Below, piece by piece: positions 21,572 through 31,396 of a DNA stretch of 64,000 nt (positions are counted from its first letter, which is position 1; every line of letters begins with the position of its first letter). Location of the stretch: NCBI GenBank assembly GCA_026396015.1, contig JAPLXP010000014.1, forward strand, positions 15,944 to 79,943, given 5' to 3'. Origin of the DNA: Candidatus Nomurabacteria bacterium. GTDB lineage: Bacteria > Patescibacteriota > Minisyncoccia > Phycocordibacterales > UBA9973. A program made the position numbers and the translations under genes. The notes beneath the pieces were generated by a model, which ran no database searches, was not told the origin of the DNA, and saw only the letters and a program-made list of their open reading frames with translations.

Positions 21572-22183
21572 TTATCTACAAGTAACTGGATTATTTATAT
21601 CTAACACACTAGTAATAGGATCAAATACAGAAGTTGTATAACCACCACCTCCATAATTAGTACTCCAAGTTAAACTAGAGTACTTCACATTACCACTTGA
21701 ATCAACACACATAGTTGGTAATCCCGATTTTAAACCCTCAAAAGCAATCGCATATGATTGACCATCCTGGGATATACCACACCAAAATATATTTTCATTG
21801 GAAGCTTTATTTGTTCTCAACATGGCACTACCAACAACAAGACCTATTTGATAACTTGTAGTACCTGGACCATTACTACCATCTTGCCTAGAAAATGGCA
21901 TATTACAGTCCCCAGCGCCACCAGGAAAATTAACCCCGTACCCAGGGGCAGCAGGATTTTTATATGTACTTATTGAATTACCAGCACTAGTATATGTACC
22001 ATACCTACCATTTTGCTGATAGTACATTTCCAGGCCCTTTTTTACCTCATCTGCAGCTGATTTTACATAAGCGACATCTGCCTTATTCTTTGTATTTTGT
22101 AAACTTACCATCACTACAGAAGCAAGAATACCAATGATGGCAATGACAACCAGTAATTCCAATAATGTAAAACCTTTTTTCAT
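21572..22183 (-). CDS. type IV pilin-like protein
   Basis: Class III signal peptide MKKG/FTLLELLVVIAIIGILA, Cys-containing C-terminus. Confidence 0.93.
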   Translation of the reverse strand: MKKGFTLLELLVVIAIIGILASVVMVSLQNTKNKADVAYVKSAADEVKKGLEMYYQQNGRYGTYTSAGNSISTYKNPAAPGYGVNFPGGAGDCNMPFSRQDGSNGPGTTSYQIGLVVGSAMLRTNKASNENIFWCGISQDGQSYAIAFEGLKSGLPTMCVDSSGNVKYSSLTWSTNYGGGGYTTSVFDPITSVLDINNPVTCR

Positions 22184-22200
22184 AATTAATATTATAGCAC

Positions 22201-22229
22201 AAAAAATCACCTCAAGAAGGTGATTTTTT
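22201..22229 (-). terminator. gyrB terminator
   Basis: aaaaaatcacct-caaga-aggtgatttttt. Confidence 0.75.
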
Positions 22230-22236
22230 GTATTTA

Positions 22237-24330
22237 TTAGTAATCCAGATTTGCCATCTTGGCATGAGATTGGATAAAAGCTTTGCGTGGTGGAACCTCA
22301 GATCCCATCAACATATCAAATACTTTATTTGCATCTTCAGCATCATCTACTTTTACTTGCTTTAGAATTCTACGTGCCGGATCCATGGTAGTCTCCCATA
22401 GCTCTTCAGCATTCATTTCTCCGAGACCCTTGTATCGTTGTACATGAATCTTTGTAGATTTTTTCTTTGTGTCTTCCTCCTCTTCTTCGACATCTGTCTC
22501 GACGACTTGTTCATTCTCAGATTCTTTTAGAAGCTCTTCGAGATTCACAGCATCCTTACCGAGGATTTTATCTCTCTCTTCATCACTGTATGCGTAGAAT
22601 ATCTCCTTACCTTTTTTAATCTTGAATAGTGGTGGCTGAGCGATATAGATATATCCAGCATCGATGATTGGTCGGAAGTATCTGTACATCAATGTCAGGA
22701 TCAGTGTACGGATGTGTGCTCCGTCCACGTCGGCATCGGTAGCGATGATGATCTTGTGGTAACGCATCTTTTCTAGATCAAATGTATCTCCGATAGATGT
22801 ACCCATGGCGATGACCAGATTCTTGATCTGCTCTGATCCGAGCATACGATCCAATCTTGCACGCTCGACATTGAGAATCTTTCCGCGGAGTGGCAATATA
22901 GCCTGAGTCTTACGATCACGTCCCATCTTTGCAGTACCACCAGCAGAGTCTCCCTCCACTATGAATAGTTCTGCACTAGATGAATCCTTGACCTGACAGT
23001 CAGCGAGCTTTCCAGGGAGAGTCATACCTTCGAGTGCTCCTTTACGCAATACTGAATCCTTTGCGGCCTTTGCGGCCTTGCGAGCGCGGAGTGCGAGCAA
23101 TCCTTTGTTAATGATAGACTTTGCTTCATCAGGATTCTCTTCGAGGAACATTGTGAATGCATCACCAAATACTGTAGCTGTAGCACCTTGAGCTTCAGTA
23201 CTACCTAGCTTGGCTTTGGTCTGACCTTCAAATTGAATTTCGCGAAGTTTTACAGAGACCACAGCCATCAACCCCTCGAGTACGTCATCACCAGTGAATC
23301 CACCATCAGCCTCTTTGATCAGATTATTTTTCTTACCATAAGTATTCAATATCCGAGTCAGTGCTGTCTTGAATCCTGTGATGTGTGTACCACCTTCTGG
23401 GTTGTAGATATTGTTTGCAAATGGAACTATGTGTGAAGAGAAGTCATCGATATATTGAAGTGCGACTTCGACTCCGACATCGTCTACCTCCTTCTCTACA
23501 TAGAATACAGTAGAATGAATTGGCTTTTGGAGTTTGTTGTAAAATTTTACGAGTGATACGAGTCCTCCTTCAAAATAGAATGAAGTAGAAGGAACCTCTA
23601 ATTCAAGTTCAGAGAACCAGATAACATCATTGTAGTCAGTATTTTTCTTTGTAAGAATTGCCTCACCCATATCTCGAGCATCTATGATATGTATACGTAG
23701 GCCCTTTACTAGATACGCTTGCTGACGAAGATGAGAGACGATAGTATTCCAATCAAATTTAACTTCTTTAAAAATTTCTACGTCTGGCTCGAAAGTAATG
23801 ATTGTACCGTTTGATTTTGAATTGCCCACTTTTTTAACAGCGGCTTTCTTTTTACCTTGAGAGTATTCCTGTACATACTGACCACCATCACGGTGCACAC
23901 AAGCACGAGTATAGATAGACAGCGCATTCACCACAGAAGCACCCACTCCGTGTAGACCTCCAGATACTTTATATCCACTACCTTCACCTCCGAATTTACC
24001 TCCAGCATGGAGAGTTGTCATGACAGTCTCGAGAGCTGAGACTTTTGTCTTGGAGTGAATATCAACTGGGATACCACGACCATTGTCGGCGACGCGGACA
24101 CGATTGCCAGGCAAGAGAACTACTTCAATACGATCAGCATATCCACCCATGGCTTCATCACGAGAGTTGTCGAATATTTCCCATACGAGATGATGCAAAC
24201 CATCAATACCAGTAGAACCGATATACATACCCGGGCGACGACGTACTGGCTCAAGGCCCTCTAGAACCGAGATTTCATCTGCACCGTATGCACCTTCTTT
24301 TTTTGCTTTTTTAGTTTCGTCTTTTGCCAT
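22237..24330 (-). CDS. gyrB: DNA gyrase subunit B
   Basis: RRRPGMYIG, GGLHGVG, VEGDSAGG, DADVDG, RYKGLGEM. Confidence 0.97.
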   Translation of the reverse strand: MAKDETKKAKKEGAYGADEISVLEGLEPVRRRPGMYIGSTGIDGLHHLVWEIFDNSRDEAMGGYADRIEVVLLPGNRVRVADNGRGIPVDIHSKTKVSALETVMTTLHAGGKFGGEGSGYKVSGGLHGVGASVVNALSIYTRACVHRDGGQYVQEYSQGKKKAAVKKVGNSKSNGTIITFEPDVEIFKEVKFDWNTIVSHLRQQAYLVKGLRIHIIDARDMGEAILTKKNTDYNDVIWFSELELEVPSTSFYFEGGLVSLVKFYNKLQKPIHSTVFYVEKEVDDVGVEVALQYIDDFSSHIVPFANNIYNPEGGTHITGFKTALTRILNTYGKKNNLIKEADGGFTGDDVLEGLMAVVSVKLREIQFEGQTKAKLGSTEAQGATATVFGDAFTMFLEENPDEAKSIINKGLLALRARKAAKAAKDSVLRKGALEGMTLPGKLADCQVKDSSSAELFIVEGDSAGGTAKMGRDRKTQAILPLRGKILNVERARLDRMLGSEQIKNLVIAMGTSIGDTFDLEKMRYHKIIIATDADVDGAHIRTLILTLMYRYFRPIIDAGYIYIAQPPLFKIKKGKEIFYAYSDEERDKILGKDAVNLEELLKESENEQVVETDVEEEEEDTKKKSTKIHVQRYKGLGEMNAEELWETTMDPARRILKQVKVDDAEDANKVFDMLMGSEVPPRKAFIQSHAKMANLDY

Positions 24331-24521
24331 TTTTATAAAGTTAAAAAATAAAGAAAATATCTCTTAAATCAAAGATATTTATGTATATATTATAACAAAA
24401 AAACACTAATTACACTAGTGTTTTTTTATCTATTTTACCCTTTAAAATAAGGATATTTTCATTTTTATATATAAAAATAAGATAAACTCATACAGCCCTT
24501 CCAAACCAAAACCATACACAA

Positions 24522-24558
24522 TAAAAATCTGCCTAGGTCCGACCTAGGCAGATTTTTA
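24522..24558. repeat. REP-like palindrome family A (downstream of RAYT1)
   Basis: taaaaatctgcctaggtc-c-gacctaggcagattttta, perfect 18-bp arms, overlaps the RAYT1 stop codon. Confidence 0.95.
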
Positions 24559-25233
24559 AATACTGTAATTTTCAAAAAAATCAAACAATTCCCTCGTGTG
24601 ATTTACACGAATATGATCTGGTAATATTTGCCTATCTATTATTTTAGAATACTTTCTGCTGTCCACAAAGTAATCAAAGAAACTAGAGTACTTATATTTT
24701 TTCAAATAATCTATTGTTTTATTTTTATCGTTAATACCATTTATTTTCCAATCTTTTTGGATCAATTTTACAGGGTTCAAGTGAACATAAGAAAAAAGAT
24801 AGTTAAAATAATTCTCTTCACCCACATGATTAGATTTAAATTTTCCCTCAAATAAAGAGCCTGTGCGTCCATATTTTTTATTAAAATACATTGAGTACGA
24901 AGTAGAAACTTTACGAATAAATTCAGTTATAGGATTAAACTTTTCGCCTAGGTCCGACCTAGGCGAAATAAGAATAATATGAAAATGATTTGGCATAAGG
25001 ACCCAAGCTAAAACATTTACCAAAGTTTCCCCTCTTTCAAAATCAAATGAATCAATATTATTTCTAACAATTGAATTTCTAAAATTAAATTTCAGCTCTG
25101 AATTTGCAATATAGAGGAGCTTAGTAAAACGTTCATAATCTTCATCATCTAAAAATATCTGACTCTTTCCATTGCCACGATTGTAGATATGATAAAATTC
25201 GTTTTGCACTAAATTTGTTTTTCGCAATGACAT
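24556..25233 (-). mobile_element. REP-associated tyrosine transposase (RAYT / IS200-like Y1 HUH endonuclease), RAYT1
   Basis: FYHIYNRG, LMPNHFH (HUH), YFNKKYGRTGSLFEG.FKS, YVHLNP, YKYSS. Flanked by palindromes and has no tnpB. Confidence 0.93.
24942..24968. repeat. REP-A copy inside the RAYT1 coding sequence
   Basis: tttcgcctaggtc-c-gacctaggcgaaa, encodes SPRSDLGE in frame. Confidence 0.95.
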
Positions 25234-25255
25234 ATTTATATTGTATCAAACAAAT

Positions 25256-25288
25256 AAAATCTGCCTAGGTCCGACCTAGGCAGATTTT
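25256..25288. repeat. REP-A palindrome (upstream of RAYT1)
   Basis: aaaatctgcctaggtc-c-gacctaggcagatttt. Confidence 0.95.
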
Positions 25289-27877
25289 TTATTGTTGTGG
25301 AGTAATTTCTGGGGATGGTGTTTGCGCAGGTGCTGGATTTACAATCACTCCCCCCGCAGGAGCTGGGTTTTCATCCACTACAAGAGGCGCCACAGGCTCT
25401 GGACTCACCACAACTGGAGCAGGAGCATTCACCACTACGCACTCCCCTGGTACTGTCTGCATCGCACCACTCACGACTTTCACACAGAATGGATCACCTG
25501 TCTCCTCATCGTAGATTGTAATACCTGTACGCTTTGCAGGACTACCTATGTGCAAAGTCTGCACAGTCAAATCTTTGATTGATGCCATAGTGCCTGACAC
25601 TTGAGTCACAACTCCACCAAAGAAATCAGACATCAGATTAGATACACCATGACTTCCAAGATTTGAATTCTCGAGAGCCTTCACACGCAAATCCATTGCA
25701 ACTATTTTTGAATTCTCTTCTTTTACAGATGCCATCAGTATTCCGTTTACAGATACTTGATCAATCATATTACCCACCATGAATGCAGGATTTACTTCAT
25801 CTGCGATATATCCAATACGAGTCTTTGCTAGCGGTGAATCTGATCCGTATCCATTTACTTCACGAATATATCTGAATGTATGCAATGGTGCATCTAGAAC
25901 CATTTGCAATGAGGCACTGTAGTCTGTGTAATCTGCTATATCTTGCTTTGTATCACGAGTAGATGTCTGTGCTCCTACCACGGTACCGGCTGTGTCGTTT
26001 GCATTACTTGGTGATGCTGTATTGATGCGAATGTTTCCTGCTGCATCTTGCCATACGTATCCAGCTGTACCAGCTTTACTTTGGAAGTTTATAGATCCAG
26101 CGCCAGTATTTGTAGCATTTGTATTGCGCCCTAGAGTAAACACTGGACCAGCCAAACCAGCACCTAGATCCGAAGAACCTATGTTTAAGGATCCAGTATT
26201 CGTCACATTAAACTTACTCACATAACTTCCACCTCCAGTACCAGCATCAATCAGATATTGAGCACCAGAACCCAAAGTTGTTTCCGTGCGATTGATCCAT
26301 AAATCTGTCGCTGCTGCTGTACCTGTCTGACTGAGATTTGGAGTTATTTTAAGAGTAGAATTATTACCTGAAGATTGTGTCTGGGAACCAGTACCAAGTG
26401 TCACATATGCAGCAGTGGTAGAAATAGATTGATTACCAAATGTCATTCCCAAATTGCTTGCTGCTCTAAATATAGTAGAAGTCATTCCATTTGGGGCATA
26501 CGCAGAACTAGATGTCACAAAAAATTGACTTGATCCATTTATTTGTAAATCGATAAGAGAGCCCGTATAACCCGTAGCTTCATTTACAGCTAAAGATGTT
26601 CCGCCTGCTTGACCTATAAATTTACCAGCGGTTGACCCATCGAATGCATTTCCTCCGATAGATAATGTGCCGTAAGCTGTAACTGCAGTAGGTGCTACTC
26701 CGATGGTCAATTTACTTGCTGGGGTGATTGTGCCGATACCCAACCTATGATTTGTAGAATCCCAATAGAATTGACCTCCAGCTGTAGTATCTTGGGAAAG
26801 CACCCCAGATGTACCAGCAAATAATATTGATCCGATAGTTGGAGTAAAAAATGTTGGAGCACCCGATCCACCAGACACTACAGCCTGACCACTAGTTCCA
26901 GTAGATGTATATGCATGTGCTGTACCTGTACCATATCCGATACCACCAGCTGTCGGAGTAGCAGATGAATTTGTACCTCCTTGAGCTATAGTCACAAGTG
27001 CATTATCTGTGAGGATAGTAGCAGAGATATTTGGAAGAGTGAAAGTCTTTGTCGAAGTAGTAGGACCTGAGAATGAAGTGAACGCATTACCTGTACCACC
27101 ATTTGTAGAACCTAAGGTTCCAGTCACAGTAGATGTACCGAGGGCAACTGTAAATCCAGTACCAGTAGAACCACTAGTGAGTGTGCCCACTGTAGCGATA
27201 TCTGTACCTACGAGCTTTGAAGCTGCGATACTACCAGCTAGGTCAGCATTCAAAACTGCACCTGTAAGCGATAACTTGGAATACGCTATTGAGCCAGCGA
27301 GGTCAGAATTTAAAATTGCACCAGAGAGTGAAAGCTTTGAATATCCGATAGACCCAGCGAGCATAGCACTAGTAACTGCACCAGAATTTATTGTCCAAGA
27401 TGCACCAGATGAAGCTACTGTTATGTCACCTTTGTTGCCATCAGTAACACCAGCCCCTCCACAAGCACCCCATGCAGGTGCACCTGATGAAGCAGAAGTA
27501 AGACACAATGTAGCACCTGCATTTGGAGCTAGCACACTAAGAGCTCCAGTTCCATTACCATATATAATTCCATTTGAAGTAAATGAACCAACTCCTGTAC
27601 CACCCTGGCCGACAGTCACTGCTGCATTAGTAGTCAGCACTGTGGCATTCGCATCTGGAAAAGTAAAAGTACGAGTAACAGTAGGACCTGTCACAGCAAA
27701 AACACCATCACCAACTTCTGACCACCCATGACCTGGATTTGGAGTAGTAGCAAACACAAGCTGAACAACAGAAAAAACTACTACAGAAAATAGCAGAGTA
27801 TAAGCAACATAGTGGAATGAAAATCGTGGTCGGATGGTGTGTAAGAATTTTTTAAATAATAATTTTAAATTAAACAT
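25289..27877 (-). CDS. exported Gly/Ser/Thr-rich fibre/adhesin-like protein with C-terminal peptidase S74-like intramolecular chaperone domain
   Basis: N-terminal TM/signal, GGTG repeats, 20-aa AGSIxYSKLSLxGAxLNxDL repeats, TSTRDTKQDI...FRY...GYIADEV...SVKE chaperone-like motif, Pro-rich tail. Confidence 0.8.
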   Translation of the reverse strand: MFNLKLLFKKFLHTIRPRFSFHYVAYTLLFSVVVFSVVQLVFATTPNPGHGWSEVGDGVFAVTGPTVTRTFTFPDANATVLTTNAAVTVGQGGTGVGSFTSNGIIYGNGTGALSVLAPNAGATLCLTSASSGAPAWGACGGAGVTDGNKGDITVASSGASWTINSGAVTSAMLAGSIGYSKLSLSGAILNSDLAGSIAYSKLSLTGAVLNADLAGSIAASKLVGTDIATVGTLTSGSTGTGFTVALGTSTVTGTLGSTNGGTGNAFTSFSGPTTSTKTFTLPNISATILTDNALVTIAQGGTNSSATPTAGGIGYGTGTAHAYTSTGTSGQAVVSGGSGAPTFFTPTIGSILFAGTSGVLSQDTTAGGQFYWDSTNHRLGIGTITPASKLTIGVAPTAVTAYGTLSIGGNAFDGSTAGKFIGQAGGTSLAVNEATGYTGSLIDLQINGSSQFFVTSSSAYAPNGMTSTIFRAASNLGMTFGNQSISTTAAYVTLGTGSQTQSSGNNSTLKITPNLSQTGTAAATDLWINRTETTLGSGAQYLIDAGTGGGSYVSKFNVTNTGSLNIGSSDLGAGLAGPVFTLGRNTNATNTGAGSINFQSKAGTAGYVWQDAAGNIRINTASPSNANDTAGTVVGAQTSTRDTKQDIADYTDYSASLQMVLDAPLHTFRYIREVNGYGSDSPLAKTRIGYIADEVNPAFMVGNMIDQVSVNGILMASVKEENSKIVAMDLRVKALENSNLGSHGVSNLMSDFFGGVVTQVSGTMASIKDLTVQTLHIGSPAKRTGITIYDEETGDPFCVKVVSGAMQTVPGECVVVNAPAPVVVSPEPVAPLVVDENPAPAGGVIVNPAPAQTPSPEITPQQ

Positions 27878-27985
27878 AAATTACATTTATATTATATCAC
27901 GATAATATAAAAAAAGTACCACAAAATGATACTTTTTTTGAGAATAATGTGGATAACTTTTTTTATTTTATTTTTTTAAAAAATT

Positions 27986-29863
27986 TTATCGAATTATGTA
28001 GCCCAATCTAGAAATTTTTTCTGAAATATTGCCCATTATTTGATTTATCTCATCATCAGTGAGAGTTTTTTCATAAGATTGAAAAACTAATCGATATGCG
28101 TAAGAAATTTTTCCAACCTCGCCCGGTACATCTGAGGGTTTTACGAATTTATCTACTAGCTGTGGTTCACGAACGAGCAATTCTGTTCCAAATTCTTTGT
28201 AAATGTTTTTCAATTCATCTGATTCCACATTTTCAGGTACCCACACTGAAATATCGCGAGTCATAAATGGAAATGTTGACCATGACTTGAATAGAATTGA
28301 AGCGGAGTCAGAAGTGCTTTCAAAAATAGTCTGGCCGAGCTCCCCTTTTTCTCCTGCGAGGAGATCCGAGGACTTTTTTGAAAGTACTTCTGATGTAGCT
28401 ATAGTATAAATAAATTCATTTAAACTCGTCTCTTTTACTTCTTTTTTATTCGCAAAACATACATGAATTTCTTCTTTATCTCCAGAGAAAACTGTACCTA
28501 TTTCAAAAATTTTAACTTCATTTAGACCCAAGAATGGAGCATTTAATTTATTCAGATTAAAACTCTCTTTTAGGCCATCAATCAAATTCTTTCTCAAAAA
28601 ATTTTTATCAGAAGCAGAGGCTAATACTTCTATATCCCCTTTATTTGTAAAGCCATATGTCATCACCTCGCGATATCCATCACGAAGTAGAATTTCTTTT
28701 GCTTTCAAAATATTTTCATATACATCGTTCACTTTTGAGACAAAAGAAAGCTTTGGAATTGTCGGGATGACCTTGTCGTAACCTATCACACGTCCAATCT
28801 CTTCAGCCATGTCATTCATCGTCACGAGATCGCGACGAGCTAGTGGTATTGTGACAGTCCATTCCCCTTTTTCAAAGTCATTTGCATAACCAAAACTATA
28901 ATCATTCATAAATTTTTCAATCTGCTGATTTGAAATTTCCAAACCTAACATTTTTGAAATATATTCTGTCGTGAATTTCAGAGTTTTTTGAATTTCAGGA
29001 TTTGGGTATACATCTACGATGTCCTCAAATACTGCCTCCGGGAACATTTCAGATATTAATGCAGACAATTCCTTCATAGCAAAAGGGCAAGTCGAAGCTG
29101 AAAGATTATTCTCAAATCTTTTTGCTGAATCAGTCAGGATTCCTAGTCTGCGCGCAGTCTTGCGGACTGTAGCAGCATCAAAACTCGCAACTTCAAGTAA
29201 TATATCTGCAGTAGAGTCAGAAACTCCTGAATCAAATCCACCTTTGACTCCAGCGAGAGCTAAAGTTTTTTCTCCGTCAGTGATGACTAGATCATTTGAT
29301 TTTAATTTTGCGATGGTACCCTCTCTGCCTACCAATTTTAATTCTTCTCCTTCAATTGCATTGCGAACTACAATAGTTTCATTCGCAAATTTACTCAAAT
29401 CAAATGAATGAGTGGGATTTCCACAATTGTACATTACTAAATTTGTCGCATCTACAATATTATTTATCGAGCGTTGACCTATTGATTCTAGATGAGTGAC
29501 TACCCATTCTGGAGATGGACCAATCTTGATTCCACGTACAATACGCCCCATATAGCGATTACATCTATCTGTATCTAATGTAATTTTTAGATTTGTAGGT
29601 TTTGGTTCTGGTATCTTGTATACACGATCAGGGTCATTGAAATTCAGGCCCAGCTGTCCTGCGAGTTCGCGAGCCATACCACTATGTGATAGTAGATCTG
29701 GGGCACGATTCGGCAAGATATTCACGTCAAAAATAGTATCACCATTTGGTAATTTTTCTACACCATCCACCTCGGTCAGGTGGTATGTCAAAATATCAGC
29801 TATTTTATCAGCCTCGGGAATTTCTGGTATATACCATTTGAGCCAGTTGTAAGATATTTTCAT
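27986..29863 (-). CDS. pheT: phenylalanine--tRNA ligase beta subunit (reduced, no B2 OB domain)
   Basis: MKISYNWL, PNRAPDLLSH, INNIVDATN, RDISVW...TLTDDEIN FDX-ACB domain. Confidence 0.96.
   Translation of the reverse strand: MKISYNWLKWYIPEIPEADKIADILTYHLTEVDGVEKLPNGDTIFDVNILPNRAPDLLSHSGMARELAGQLGLNFNDPDRVYKIPEPKPTNLKITLDTDRCNRYMGRIVRGIKIGPSPEWVVTHLESIGQRSINNIVDATNLVMYNCGNPTHSFDLSKFANETIVVRNAIEGEELKLVGREGTIAKLKSNDLVITDGEKTLALAGVKGGFDSGVSDSTADILLEVASFDAATVRKTARRLGILTDSAKRFENNLSASTCPFAMKELSALISEMFPEAVFEDIVDVYPNPEIQKTLKFTTEYISKMLGLEISNQQIEKFMNDYSFGYANDFEKGEWTVTIPLARRDLVTMNDMAEEIGRVIGYDKVIPTIPKLSFVSKVNDVYENILKAKEILLRDGYREVMTYGFTNKGDIEVLASASDKNFLRKNLIDGLKESFNLNKLNAPFLGLNEVKIFEIGTVFSGDKEEIHVCFANKKEVKETSLNEFIYTIATSEVLSKKSSDLLAGEKGELGQTIFESTSDSASILFKSWSTFPFMTRDISVWVPENVESDELKNIYKEFGTELLVREPQLVDKFVKPSDVPGEVGKISYAYRLVFQSYEKTLTDDEINQIMGNISEKISRLGYIIR
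28308..28393. repeat. structured palindromic element in frame within pheT
   Basis: tcagaagtgctttcaaaaa...tttttgaaagtacttctga arms around a core shared with 39596-39684. Confidence 0.85.
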
Positions 29864-29868
29864 ATATT

Positions 29869-30573
29869 TTAAAATTGATTAAGTCTCAAGTCTCCCTGGT
29901 AAAGAAGTCGTACATCTGGAATATTCCATTTGATCATAGCAATACGATCGAGTCCTCCTCCAAAAGCAAAACCTTGGACCTTTTCCGGATCAAGACCTGC
30001 ATTCTTCAGTACAGTCGGATGAATCATGCCACCCCCCATCATCTCTAGCCATTTACCATTGAACTTTGCATGCACTTCTACAGAAGGCTCGGTAAAAGGA
30101 AAGAAACTAGGACGGAATTCTATCTCCACATCAGGACCTAGAACTTTTTTATAGAATTCTACGAGCACACCCTTCATATGAGAAAGATTTATATTCTGAC
30201 CTATCATGAATCCATCAATCTGGTGGAATTGCATCTCATGAGTAGCGTCAGTCGATTCATTGCGGAAAACTTTACCAACAGAAATATACGCGCCCTCTGT
30301 CATATTTTCTTTTGCCATCTTTTCTAGGTTGCGAGCAGTAGTATTTGTAGCATGAGTACGGAGAACTGCATCAGGAGAGTTTTTGATATAAAAAGTATCC
30401 TGCATATCACGAGCAGGGTGATCCTTTGGCACATTTAGTGCGTCGAAGTTGTACCAAGTAGTCTCGAGCTCTGGAGCGAGAGATACCTCGAATCCAAGGC
30501 CAGTAAATAGATCGTAGGCCTGATTCTGTAGGATAGTTAGTGGGTGAAGTGACCCCTTTTCATATTCATTCAT
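29869..30573 (-). CDS. pheS: phenylalanine--tRNA ligase alpha subunit (catalytic core only)
   Basis: HPARDMQDTFY, FRNE, FRPSFFPFTEPS, GFAFGGGLDR. Confidence 0.97.
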   Translation of the reverse strand: MNEYEKGSLHPLTILQNQAYDLFTGLGFEVSLAPELETTWYNFDALNVPKDHPARDMQDTFYIKNSPDAVLRTHATNTTARNLEKMAKENMTEGAYISVGKVFRNESTDATHEMQFHQIDGFMIGQNINLSHMKGVLVEFYKKVLGPDVEIEFRPSFFPFTEPSVEVHAKFNGKWLEMMGGGMIHPTVLKNAGLDPEKVQGFAFGGGLDRIAMIKWNIPDVRLLYQGDLRLNQF

Positions 30574-30591
30574 ACGTTTAAATATAGCATT

Positions 30592-31015
30592 TTACCCTAA
30601 TTTTTCCAAAAGCTCTTTCTTCAATTTATACCCATCCCCCCACTTCAGCATACCTAAATAAGAATTCACGCTCTCTTCTTTAAAATTATTCTTTTTCAAA
30701 TTCCTAAACATTCTCTTCTTTGTCGCTGTTCGTAATACTCTATTATTAGCAATAATGTACCCAGCCTAGGAAATCAAGTCCTGATGCTAGAGTTTTAATA
30801 TATACTTTTTCTGGATGTAGTTGTAGTTTTAAATTTTTATTTAAAAAATCTGAAATTACAGGTAAAAAATTCTCAAGATATAATTTATCATCAGAAAGTA
30901 TCACAAAATCATCCGCATATCTCTCGTAGTATTTTACTTTTGATTCAGCGGAATCATGTCGCTTATCTATTCTGCATGAATACGAATCGTATATAAATTT
31001 CTTGTCGAAATATGG
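30592..31015 (-). pseudogene. DGR-type reverse transcriptase remnant
   Basis: Manual translation: PYFDKKFIYDSYSCRIDK, junction, KVKYYERYADDFVILS...LQLHPEKV...GLDFLGWVH, frameshift at about 30753, NRVLRTATKKRMF...SYLGMLK. The N-terminus and central motifs are missing. Confidence 0.9.
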
Positions 31016-31017
31016 GT

Positions 31018-31090
31018 GTCGTTGTCAAACTTGTTCACATTGAGCTTCAAGCAACCATCGTCATCAAAGTTGACATCAGCAACAAAGAAA
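31018..31090 (-). repeat. DGR template repeat (TR), 3'-truncated
   Basis: 31021-31090 aligns ungapped to 31472-31541 with 7 mismatches, all at TR adenines. Confidence 0.92.
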
Positions 31091-31341
31091 TTATAAGATA
31101 TCCCATCTATTCCACTGCATATTAAATCATAATAATGCTGTATTTTATTTTGAACCAAGAGTTCAAAGAATATCTTACCTACAAAATATTTTTTATTGGT
31201 TTCTACTATGATCACGCTTTGAGAAGATATCTCCACTCAAATTCTGGATAATAACAAAAACATACCTTTTATCCTAAGTTTCAGTATAAAGATTAAGTAA
31301 TAGACCGAGGATATCAAAAGAATACGAGTTTAGTATACAAA

Positions 31342-31375
31342 AATCCCCCAGTACACGCAAAGTGTCTGAGGGATT
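31342..31375 (-). terminator. hairpin downstream of the DGR target (terminator or DGR homing hairpin)
   Basis: aatccctcagacac-tttgc-gtgtactgggggatt on the minus strand. Confidence 0.6.
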
Positions 31376-31396
31376 AAGAAATTAAGGGTCTAAATT

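Noticed and set aside
24556-25233. IS200/IS605 element with TnpB or omega RNA
   Set aside because: No tnpB/iscB is adjacent, and the protein length and flanking palindromes fit RAYT
27009-27731. 240-aa plus-strand ORF
   Set aside because: Antisense to the repetitive fibre gene, explained by codon bias
27949-27957. DnaA-box match TGTGGATAA (also near 59293 and 32880)
   Set aside because: Isolated single boxes with no cluster, no dnaA and no strand switch, so not an origin
30592-31015. Group II intron or retron RT
   Set aside because: The adjacent TR/VR pair with adenine-only mismatches indicates a DGR
30967-31236. 89-aa ORF resembling the DGR target C-terminus
   Set aside because: It is a reading frame through the template repeat and deletion junction, probably not a gene
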